From the NCBI GenBank assembly GCA_964016885.1, contig OZ024745.1, positions 17,298,001-17,362,000 on the forward strand: DNA of 64,000 bases, written 5' to 3'. The translations under genes and the position numbers were made by a program. The notes under the pieces are model-generated. The model was not told the origin of the DNA. It saw nothing but the letters and a program-made list of their open reading frames with translations, and did no database searches. Position 1 is the stretch's first letter. Each line of letters starts with the position of its first letter. This DNA comes from Eledone cirrhosa. Its lineage: Eukaryota. This document shows positions 1 through 11,332 of the stretch, piece after piece.

Positions 1-138
1 CACCCCTCCTTACGTTTTTCTGTTTCATTTTCCCTTCCCCGTCTCTGCCTATCCTTCGCACTCACTCCTTCGTTCACTCCACCCCGCTTCACACACCTGC
101 TTCCTCATCCCTCCCTCTGCTTTCACCCAACGCCCACC

Positions 139-2904
139 ATGCCCAGCCTGAGATCCTTTCTCCACCAACTACATACCAGCCTCAAACTTTTCTTCCCCCC
201 CTCCTCCCCCCCTGCTATCTCCCCTCTGCCCTTCAACTCTCCTACCTTCTCTTCGCCAAAACCCGGCACTCCAGCCACATCCATTTCCTCAGCCAATGCC
301 TCCGCCTCCACCTTATCCCCCTCGGCTTCCGTTTATACTTCCACCCTTCCCCTGCCGCTGCCCCCTCCACGCAACGTATCCTCACCCGATCCTCACGCCT
401 CCTGATGCGCAACTTCATCCGCACCTCCCGTTCCACCCTCCGCCAACTTGACCACCAACTGACCCCCACCCTCCTCCGCCTTAACTCCACCCCCTCCTCG
501 CCCAAGCCATCCTCTCCTTTATCCAAAACCTCAACCACAACCTCTTCTCTTTCCTCAGCTCCACCAAACCTGCAAGCTACACTCACTCCTCCCAACCACC
601 CCCATCCACCACCACCCGCCCATCCCCATACGCCCCCCACTTTCCACCCCTCCTTCGACCCACAGCCCTACCCAATCTCCCCCCCCCCCCCCTCCACCAC
701 CCCACACCCAAACCCCACCACTTGTTGTCACCATACCCCCTGACCTCCTCCTCTCCGCGCCTGAGCGCTCACGCCTTAGTAGAGGCCTTCGCTTCATACC
801 CCACACTCCGCACAGCGACGAGTTCCGCACCCGAACGGAAGTCGAGCGATTCGTGAGACGCACGAAGCTACAGGCACATTTCGGCCGAACGCCACCGGCT
901 CCGGACGCCCCAAACCCGTTTCTCGCCCTGAGCCGACGGCCATCTTCTTGGACGCCGGCCCCAGGGCGATTTAGCACCCTGGACGCGTTCGTCGATGCCA
1001 GCCGTAGCGCAGTAAATCGTTTCGACTTCCGCCACCGTTCCAAACGGAATAATATCTCACGGGGCGAACTCCTCGCTCTCCGCTCCCTCCGTAGCCGAGA
1101 TGACATCGTCATCAAACAAACCGGCGGACAAGGGAGGCGCCGTGGTGGTGTGCCGCGCGGACCTCTACACGGCCGAAGCCCTCAGGCAGCTCTGTAACCC
1201 CCTCTTCTACCGCCCTCTACCATCCGATCCCACACCCCTCTACCAACAACAAGTATCCTCCACCATCCAACATCTTGTCTCCTCCTCCCTCCTCCCCCCA
1301 CCGCTTCCCACCTCATCGTAGGCACCCCCCGCACCCCCACCATCTACTTCCTCCCCAAACTCCACAAACCCGACAACCCCGGCCGCCCCATCGTCTCCGC
1401 TTGCAACTGCCCCACTGAACTCATCTCCGCCTTTCTCGACTCCATCCTCGCCCCCCTTGTCACCACCCTCCCCTCCCACATCTCCGACACCAACCACGCC
1501 CTGCGCCTTTTCGACTCCTTCACCTACCCACCCGGCCCACAGCCCTTCCTCTTCACCCTAGACACCAAGTCCCTCTATACCGTCATCCCCCACGCCGACG
1601 GCCTACGCGCCTTCAAACACTACCTCGAACTTCGCCCCTCCCCCATTCCCTCCACCCCCCCTCCTTCGCCGAGCTGGTCCTCACCCTCAATTGTTTCTCC
1701 TTCTCGGGTGAGTTTTACCAACAGGCCACGGGGGTAGCCATGGGTACAAGAATGGACCCGAACTATGCCAACCTTTTTGTTGGCCATGTTGAGGCCCAAA
1801 TCTTTGCCCAGTACACCGGCCCCACGCCCGAACTGTACGGTCGTTACATTGACGAATGTATCGGAGCCACGACCCTCACCCGAGAACAGCTCGACTCCTT
1901 TCTCTCCTTCTTCTGCTCCTTCCACCCCTCCCTCCACTTCACCACCTCTATCTCCACCACCACGCCACTTCTTAGACATCTCCGTCGCCTTCGACCCCTC
2001 CCACCACTCCCTCGTCTCCTCCGCCTTCTTCAAACCCACCGACTCCCACTCTTACCTCGACTTCACCTCTTCCCACCCCACACACACTAAACACTCTATT
2101 CCCTACTCCCAACTCCTCAGGATCCGCCGACTCTGTAGCCGAGATGCTGACTTCGAGTCCCAGGCCCTTTCCCTAGTCAGCCATTTCATCCGCAGAGGTT
2201 ACCCCCCCCCCCTCTCTCGTCCACACCGTTCTCACCCGCGCCCGTGCTGTCCACCGCTCCACCACCCTCACCCCACGCCACCGCACACCTACCCACCGTC
2301 TCCCCTTCCCCTTCGCCATCACCTACCACCCCTCCACCTTACCCCTCCACCGCACCATCCGCCGCCTCCAGTGCGACCCCTCCACCTCCCACATCTTCCC
2401 AACCCCACCACTCCCCTCCTTCAAACGCACACGCAATCTCCGCACCTTCCTCGTCCACAGCTCCCTACCCCCCAACCCACGCCCCCCCGGATCCTTTCCC
2501 TGTTCTAGGTCCCGCTGCAACACCTGTCCCCACATCACCAACACCACCACCTTCCAGGGTCCCAACGGCCACTCGCTCTCTGTCCAGCATGCCTTCCGCT
2601 GCACCTCCTCCAACCTAGTCTACGGACTTCGCTGCAAGGGGTGCAGCGCGACTTACGTCGGACAGACAGGACGTCGCCTGGCGGACCGATTCACTGAGCA
2701 CCTCCGGGATATTCGTCCGGTAGTAGTTTCCCCATTGCCCGCCACTTTGGTGCCCCTGGAAATTCCGCACGCCATCTCACAGTCTGTGGCCTACTCCAAT
2801 GCCACGGAACACCCGCCAATCTCCTCAGTGTCGAACAAAGAACCATCTTCATCTTACAGACCCACACTCCCCCCGGCCTGAACTCCCCACCCTTATTCCT
2901 TTAG
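139..2904 (+). pseudogene. Frameshifted PLE RT + GIY-YIG endonuclease ORF
   Basis: Motifs across frames: KPADKGGAVVV, IYFLPKLHKPDNPGRPIVS, LDTKSLYT, GVAMGTRMDPNYANLF, GRYIDE (YIDD equivalent), FLDISV, KPTDSHSYLDFTSSHP, Cys linker CSRSRCNTC, NLVYGLRCKGCSATYVGQTGRRLADRFTEHLRDI. Start position is uncertain. Confidence 0.85.
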
Positions 2905-4382
2905 CCTTTGACCGCCCCCTCCTCCCACACATATCCCCCACTAACACCACTAACACACCCCTCCTTTTCACCGCGCACTCCACAACTAACTATACTAACA
3001 CCTCCACTCCACCCCTCATCCGACCACCCTTCCCCAACTAACATACTAACATCCCTCCCTTCTTCCCCCCTCCTTATCACACGCACACATCCACCGGAAC
3101 ATATATACACGCGCTCACGCTAAACACAAACCCTACTACCACCACTAACCCGCACCCTCATACCTCCATCCCACCACCCCGCAACTAACATCACTAACAC
3201 CCCCTGACCCCAAGCTCACGAACACACGCACCCACCTACACCAACACCCCACACGCATCTAACATCGCTAACACCCCCAAACCCACGCACACGTAACCAC
3301 ACACCCTCGTACACCACCAACTCTACACACCCTACCACCACTAACCCCCACTCACACCTGCATTCAACCCTTTCTCCACCTCCCGTATACTAACACCCAC
3401 TAACAACCCCTTCATCAAACTACACACACACCAGTACACCACACTCCCTCCATCGACCCCCACACCCTTCTCTCCCCGCTCTATCCACACCCTTTCTCCA
3501 CACTCACTCATCCCACTAACACCTCTACTAATACACACACACACCCTCCTCACTCCAACTTTCACACCTACCCATCCTCGCCTCTTTACCATTCCACCCG
3601 ACTGCTGCTATTCCCTCTGACCACCTCCCAGCACAAACAGACACACAGCACTCCCACCGCCTTGACCACTTCCTGTTGCGCGCGCACCCCACATCTCTCC
3701 TCTTCCGACCATCTCTTCATGGAATACTCGTACGTGGAACTTGACCACCGTGGAATCTACTACCATCATAGTAGTTTACCAACATTTCAACCACATCCTT
3801 TTACGGAATCACCTATATAACTCACCAACACCCACACCCAAACAATTTTTTTTCTCCCACACGCCACCTTCACCCACAACACGCTTAAACCCCACACACA
3901 CGTGCTTTCCACCAAATATTTACACCTTCAGCCTCCGGATTCCTCTCCCCCCACCCACACACGCACACACACTCCGACCTACACCCCATCCCCCACACAC
4001 CTTTTCCTGAACATGCAACCCCGTTCTTCCCCCAACCCTTGCTTTCACATACACACACACACACACACGCACGTACACCTACACACACACGCCACATTCA
4101 GCCCTCCCCGTTCGGACACCCCGTCTCCCTCTCCCCACTCCACCCGCCACCACCCCTACACACCCCACACCCTTCCACCACCTGATTTACCCCTTTTTAA
4201 TTTCAGTTTATTTTGATCATGCTTTTATATTTATTTTTATTTCATTTCATTTTATTTTGATCATGCTTTATTTTTATTTTTATTTTTAATTTCATTCACA
4301 GCGTTTCCTCCTACCCCTCTTCGCTATATATCTCTCCACCACTCCCCTACACACCCTTTGAACTCTCTTCCCACACACTTCT

Positions 4383-4416
4383 CACCTGAGGAAGGGCTTA
4401 TGCCCGAAACGTCGTT
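4383..4416 (+). ncRNA. Minimal type I hammerhead ribozyme of PLE1
   Basis: CTGAGGA(A) at 4386, stem II GGGC-ttat-GCCC, GAAA, palindromic ACGT, GUC triplet. Stem I is weak. Confidence 0.75.
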
Positions 4417-4502
4417 CCCCACCACCACCCCACTCTCCAGAGCGTGAAATTAATAAACATTCGTTGTACTGCCTCTCTGTTTTGTTCCTGTACGAATTCT
4501 CC

Positions 4503-4537
<35 letters not shown>

Positions 4538-4639
4538 TGAAGTAAAAGTTAAGTGGAAATATCCAAGAGTAAGAGCACTCTGCCCGTTTATGTTACTGTT
4601 GTAAATATACATACGTACACACACATACACGCACACACA

Positions 4640-4708
<69 letters not shown>

Positions 4709-4710
4709 AC

Positions 4711-4781
<71 letters not shown>

Positions 4782-4879
4782 TTTGACTAATGAAAAAAAT
4801 GGCAAGTTATTTGCACTTAGCTATTCCATTGTCTTGAGATTGTCTAAAAGGGCATAATAAGTAAAGATTGTTATAGATA

Positions 4880-5600
4880 TGTAGTGACCTACATTCTGCG
4901 GGCTCACATGCATTCGCTGTGAGTGATTTGGCTCAGCTCGGCCAATCGGCACCAGGAGAAGAGGATGTATCCCTACGCGCCCTCAGGGATTGTGGTGACC
5001 TACATTCCGCGGGCTGACATACATTCTCTGTGCGTGATTTGGCTCAGCTCAGCCAATCAGCGCTAGTAGAAGAGGATGTATCCCTACGCGTCCTGATGGG
5101 AGAGATTACCCGCGAAGATTTGAAGAATCTTTCTCTTGCAGCTTGCTGACGCCAAGGTAAAGACCACTTATTCTTTTGCCCCGCAAGCACAAACAATATG
5201 TAACGACAAAACATTACTACGGGCCTGGCCAAACGCCTCAGCTAGTCGACCGTATTTTCTCTTGTAATCTTAATTGATTTGTTTATTTCTCTTGGCATGC
5301 CACCAGCTCAACCTTTGTTAATAAATAATGTAAAACATGCTAAAGTCGTTGTGCATATTCCTATCATATCTCTCTACCAAAGGTGGTTCCTCGTGGCAAC
5401 ACATTACTACTTCTAAATACTTATCTGCTAAACTTGTGATCGACGTAAGAATTTTACGCAGCCCTTTTGTTCAATGCAACTTACGAAAATACAAAATATC
5501 CCTTTTAAGATTGTAAAAAATTAGCAGTATTTCAAAAACTTTTCGCCACGAGGAAATTTCAAAATGGCTACCGACAAGTCCTGTCTACAATCAACAACGA

Positions 5601-5634
<34 letters not shown>

Positions 5635-7446
5635 GACAACATTGTTTAACCACTAACCAACAACAGGCAATAGTGAGATGGCAGCTTCATAGCCTTACCG
5701 ACGCAAACCACCACCCATCATATTGTTTACTTCTACGCTTTCACCTCCTCTATCGTCTCTACCGTTAAGAAAAAAAAATGGAAGTAGTTTTTTTTTTAAA
5801 AGAACAAACTTTTGCGAACTCGCCAACGACAACATCTTGAAAAAAAAAAATTGGCTGTATTTTCAAAATTATAGCCCGGAGACATTTTTCTTTCGATACG
5901 GCTTCCTGACATGCAAACAAGCAACACAACCTTATGTCACACAAGGTGGCAGGACGGTAAAATGGCCACGAAAACTCTCAAATACAATATACATCTAACC
6001 CCTAGTGGCATTAACAAACTTCTTTTTCAGTTTTCAGATAGAACTAGTGTCAGAAAGTCTGTACACTGGTGATGTGTGAACTATTTGACTTTGAAAAATT
6101 TGAACTTATCATTGAGCATTGCTTTCTCTGCTCCCTTATATTGACTTTGAATTATCAGTTTGTTACATTCACATACTTCTTTGTAAAATGCATTTACTTG
6201 TTTTGTGCTCTTTTGCTATTTGCTTGCTCGTGGTTTTTGTTCATTCACATTCTTTGCTGTTTTACATGCCTGCATATGCACACATTTCTCTGTCCTTTCC
6301 TTTCTTCTTTTTAAGGCAACCATCCATTTTTTCATTGCTCCCTAGCACATTCGGCAATACATCTGGGAGGCCAACATTTTCTCGCCTACCCATCATCTTC
6401 TTGCCAGCACTGGTAAACTGCCATAATAGCTTCGTTCACAGCTACTGGTATAACACTTACCATTAACATTTAATGCAAGAACGGCAACTTCGCCCATGTC
6501 AGACTTTATCCGTTTTCTGTTAGACCTTTGGTGGTCACGTATAAATTACAAAACAGCTAGTCATTTGACACAGCGGCTCAGCACGTAACATTACGGCTGT
6601 TGCCAGTTTAAATGCATTTCATTGTTCAGTGCATTTTTGTAACCTTGCTACATGTGGCATTTTCATTGCCTAGCACGATTTTTTTGTTTATCGCATATGG
6701 GGCCCCTGGTATTTTTTTTTAATGCATTTTGCATTTATTGCTGTACATTTTTCCGTGTTAATGCTTGCATGCATGAACCTATTTCTCTTTCCGATGCTTC
6801 GTTTTGAAACATGCTTCCACATTTTGTAAACTGTACCTTGTGGGTCCTTGGCTTCATCGTTAACGATTTTCGGCTAAAAATCTGCTCGGAGGTGATGTAG
6901 TGACCTACATTCCGCGGGCTCACATGCATTCTCTGTGCGTGATTTGGCTCAGCTCGGCCAATCGGCACCAGGAGAAGAGGATGTATCCCTACGCGCCCTC
7001 AGGGATTGTGGTGACCTACATTCCGCGGGCTGACATACATTCTCTGTGCGTGATTTGGCTCAGCTCAGCCAATCAGCGCCAGTAGAAGAGGATGTATCCC
7101 TACGCGTCCTGAGGGGAGAGATTACCCGCGAAGATTTGAAGAATCTTTCTCTTGCAGCTTGCCGACGCCAAGGTAAAGACCACTTATTCTTTTGCTCCGC
7201 AAGCACAAACAATATGTAACGACAAAACATTACTACGGGCCTGGCCAAACGCCTCAGCTAGTCGACCGTATTTTCTCTTGTAATCTTAATTGATTTGTTT
7301 TATTTCTCTTGGCATGCCAGCTCAACCTTTGTTAATAAATAATGTAAAACATGCTAAAGTCGTTGTGCTTATTCCTATCATATCTCTCTACCAAAGGTGG
7401 TTCCTCGTGGCAACACATTACCACTTCTAAATACTTATCTGCTAAA
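4880..7446 (+). mobile_element. Non-coding LTR retroelement (TRIM-like); LTRs 4880-5432 and 6896-7446
   Basis: About 552-bp near-identical direct repeats starting TGTAG and ending CTAAA, 4-bp TSD GATA (4876-4879 / 7447-7450), purine-rich GGAGGTGA before the 3' LTR, AATAAA inside the LTR, no pol ORF. Confidence 0.75.
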
Positions 7447-7542
7447 GATATATTGACTAATCGATAGCAATTAAACAGTATTATATTATTAGCATGTATA
7501 TGATACATACATTTTGCCGTTCGCCCACCGATACAGTAAACG

Positions 7543-7583
7543 TTTTCTGATGAGGATCCAATCAGATCCGAACATGGATTAAA
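7543..7583 (+). ncRNA. Degenerate hammerhead
   Basis: CTGATGA, GGATC-caatca-GATCC, GAA (one A missing), palindromic CATG. Cleavage triplet is damaged. Confidence 0.5.
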
Positions 7584-7758
7584 TATGCTTATCATTACTT
7601 CAACTTACAGCTAAATTCGTAATTTTTGGCACGTTTACATGTCTACATATTAGTGGTGTATGTATTTGTATACACACTGTTGCAGTATGTACACAGATAT
7701 AACTTTATATATATATATATATATATATATAAATTTATATATATATGTATATATATAT

Positions 7759-7960
7759 AGGAACGAATAGGACCCCGACGGCTGAGCTAAACCCGTTTCG
7801 ACGGCTAATTCTGGACTTTTAGTCCAGAATTAGCCGTCGAAACGGCTTGAGCTCAGCCGTCGGGGTCCTACTCGTTCCTATTACCCACTCTACTACCCTA
7901 AGTATTGAGTACTTTGGTGCGTTATGGTCCATCTGGTTCCTTACCACATTTCCTTCGTTA
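7759..7960. mobile_element. Fold-back fragment of the PLE5 pLTR in (TA)n
   Basis: Inverted repeat centred at about 7818; matches 46805-46945. Confidence 0.85.
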
Positions 7961-8010
7961 TATATATATATATATATATTAGAATTGGAGCTCTGAAATA
8001 GCAATATATA

Positions 8011-8384
8011 TATGAATGTATATATAATGTATTTTGCAATACACTTTATGCTTAATTAAAAGCATATTGAAGACCGTAAGCTATTGTTTTAGAGTAGTGC
8101 CAAACTCACTTACTTTAATCTCAGCAAACCGCTCTGTATAATCAGTTCCTGATTATTTACTATAATTCTATAAGAATATAACATCAGTGATCTCAGTAGA
8201 CAGGAGGGAGTAGTTATCCTTGATAAGCATCAATAAATGCGAAACAAGTCCTTGTCGGGTTATCTCCCCTTGTTTGCTGAGATTAAAGTAAGTGAGTTTG
8301 TCACTACTCTAAAACAATAGCATACGGTCTTCAAAATGCTTTTAATTAAGCATAAAGTGTATTGCAAAATACATTATATATGCA

Positions 8385-8390
<6 letters not shown>
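8011..8390. mobile_element. Fold-back pLTR fragment with hammerhead in (TA)n
   Basis: About 120-bp inverted arms 8011-8129 / 8272-8390 enclosing an HHR. Confidence 0.8.
8205..8270 (+). ncRNA. Type I hammerhead, U3-A8 core variant
   Basis: TTGATAA (8220-8226), GCAT/ATGC stem II, GAAA, CAAG/CTTG stem III, GUC (cleavage after 8256), imperfect stem I closed by GGGAG/CTCCC. Confidence 0.75.
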
Positions 8391-8431
<41 letters not shown>

Positions 8432-8435
8432 TAAT

Positions 8436-8530
8436 TATTTTATTATATCTATTTCAAGGGCAACCAAGGCAGTCTTGGTGCGCTTCCATAGGATAAAATA
8501 CGAAATTTGTTTCATAAATAGTGACATAAC
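8436..8530 (-). mobile_element. Decayed fragment of the pLTR family at 36465 and 41541
   Basis: Shares TATTTCAAGGGCAAC...GGTGCGCTT...GGATAAAATA with 41583-41648. Confidence 0.65.
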
Positions 8531-8565
8531 CGTGGAAAACAACCTTGACGGTAGAAAATTCGATG

Positions 8566-8697
<132 letters not shown>

Positions 8698-10597
8698 TGT
8701 ATGTATCCGGTGTTTCACTTGCTGACATTAATGTTTAGAACCTCTCCAAATTAAATAAACTTTATTTTAAAACATCTTTATTTTAGTTGGTATTAACACC
8801 GCTTCCGTCATTTTTCACAGCCCTAAAGGACGTTGTTGTTGTCTAATGTACCGGAAGATGTCAATTAGTTGAACGTTTCCGAAAATAGTCGATATTTTAG
8901 TCTAAACATTTCCAGATGGAATTTTGTTAAACTTTGTTTTTCCTTCGGTTAACAAATATGAGATAATATCGTACCTGTGTTCATGTATTTTTTGTAATTA
9001 GGATATAATAAAATAAAGCTAGTGAAACTTATTCGGAAGGCTTTGCATTTGATGATCCAATTAGTTCGTTAAGTCGATCTAACTTTCTCGAGAAAATTGA
9101 ATACAGGCATACATCATATTGATTTCCTTCCATAATTGTTAAAGACACATATCCACTGGCATTTTCGTTCCTTGTTAAATTATATAGCGGAGTGCAATAT
9201 CTAAAATGATGAATACCAATAATTAAAGTGTGCATAAAACAGTGTATTATGAAATTTGCTCATAATTTAACTAAGTTAGCAGTCATGATTTGTTTAACTT
9301 TAAAATCATTAGCTCAAACAAACCCAAATACACATGAACTTGTGAGTTCGGAACAAATTCATCTAATAATATATTCGAATGCAATCATATATATCGATTT
9401 CTTACGATAATTATATAAGAGTATGAATTAAAATTTCACCAATTAACTTTAACCTGAAGATGAACACAAAAGTATTGATGTGCGCTAATATATCTGATAA
9501 TACAGCACCAAATATTTTGCACATTTTGTGTTCTATATTATTATGATTTCGAAAATATTTCTGTTTGTAAACCACAATAATCTTGAGGTCATTTTAATTT
9601 GATAGGAGATAGATATACTGCCACAAATGAAAACATATTTCATAAATATCACTTCTTTCTGAGGATTATTTTTAGTTAGGTAGACCTGACAGGGGCAACA
9701 TTTTCTCAGCATTGGACCACACAGGGTTTGACTCATCATAAGACGGTTCGCACTACTAAAGCTTTCAAGGAAATTCGGAAATCGTGCACACCATTCAGAA
9801 GGCCACACTGGCCGCAGTTTTTCTATGATTGATCTCGACTAAAGGTTGGGAATTGTTTGTTTTTTTTCCTCACAATAATCTGTTACAAGGTAGTACAGGA
9901 CAGGAAATATGGTAGGGTATAACAAATGTAACAATTCGTGTATATGATGAGATTGCATGAGGCTAAAATTATATCATTCATATTAGTTTCGTTGTGAATT
10001 TGTTTTATCTAACATAGCAACCCTAAAATGATGGAATAGAGGGACCTATCATAACAGTCACAGTACTAGATATGTTCTTTATTCAATAGAAATGAGCCAT
10101 GAAAATCAACGATGGCATTACCTAAATTTGAGCTCGGAAGGAATAGGATCGGAAATATGCATGTGCAAAATAAAAGATATCAACATACATACACCTACAT
10201 ATACAAATACACCTGATACGGTAGGTAGCGGCGTGTCTCTGTTCTCATCATCTAAGTGTGTGTGTGTGTATTTATTCGAAATATAATGAAATCTCTTTAG
10301 AGACTGACAAATATATGCTTCAATTATTTTTATTGCAAACATCACAATTTGTGCAGTTTTAATCAATAACTGAAATAGATTTAATAACAGAAATAGATGT
10401 AAATTTAATTTTTCAATATATGACATTATTCTATATATACATGTAAATGTCTATGTCATTTGTATCGTATTTATTTCATTCTACATGCATTTTAGTATTG
10501 ATATACATAAGTAACTTAATTGATTCTTAGCGATGTCATCAATCAAAGCTGTACATTATAACGAAAAAGTCTGCGATTACATGAGGTTATATTCACC

Positions 10598-10738
10598 TGG
10601 CAGTATCGGTAGAGGGTCCGACGCAATGCTTTGCAGCATGGAGTTCCGAGTTCAAAGCCAAACAGGGTCGATAAAATAAAGCAGCAGTAATGCACTGGGT
10701 TAATTGCTGACCTTGTGCTAAAGTAAAAACAATTATTA
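10598..10738 (+). mobile_element. Degenerate tRNA-derived SINE
   Basis: A box TGGCAGTATCGG, B box GAGTTCAAAGCC, tail matching the 40206 and 56750 SINE family. Confidence 0.75.
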
Positions 10739-10844
10739 AACTTACAACTTTATCATGAAGAATAGGAATCAATAATAACTGTACTTTTGTAAAATAAAAT
10801 CCCCAACATTTCTCATGAACAATAGTCAAATTATTCTCAAGTAA

Positions 10845-10920
10845 ATTACTAATCTAAACTGCTATGTCCCAATGTCTATATATGTATAGACATTGGGACT
10901 TAGCAGTTTAGGCTAGTAAT
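10845..10920. repeat. Imperfect 76-bp hairpin palindrome
   Basis: ATTACTAATCTAAACTGCTATGTCCCAATGTCTATA pairs with TATAGACATTGGGACTTAGCAGTTTAGGCTAGTAAT. Confidence 0.8.
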
Positions 10921-11267
10921 ACCATGCACAGCTAATTATTCGGCCCGACCTTATGTGTCTTAGAGACATGAGATTCAAACATCCGCATAATATATTCTGG
11001 GATCCTACATATCGCCCGTTAGTATCCGACTCGCATTGATACACAAAACAGGAATAACCATCATCACGCGAATGGAAGATACTTCATATCGGAAATAGAA
11101 ATATCGCATTGCGTTGAATGTGGTTTAGACAGGATTAAATACAATTCAATAAACCTAACTTTCACACATTTTTCTCTCTTATACTCGTCTTCTCTCTCTA
11201 TCCACTCCTATCTATCTCTAGCTATGTATCTATCTACACACACACACACGCACACGCACGCAAACAT

Positions 11268-11327
<60 letters not shown>

Positions 11328-11332
<5 letters not shown>

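Larger units (their letters stand above)
1..4510 (+). mobile_element. Penelope-like element 1 (C-rich, Neptune-like), with long 3' UTR/pLTR ending in a (TA)n tract; 5' end may lie outside the window
   Basis: RT and GIY-YIG fragments across frames, hammerhead at 4386, AATAAA at about 4452, then (TA)n from about 4506. Confidence 0.85.

Noticed and set aside
5590-5635. (CAG)n poly-Q coding segment
   Set aside because: Short ORF with early stops inside the LTR element interior, with no support for a gene.
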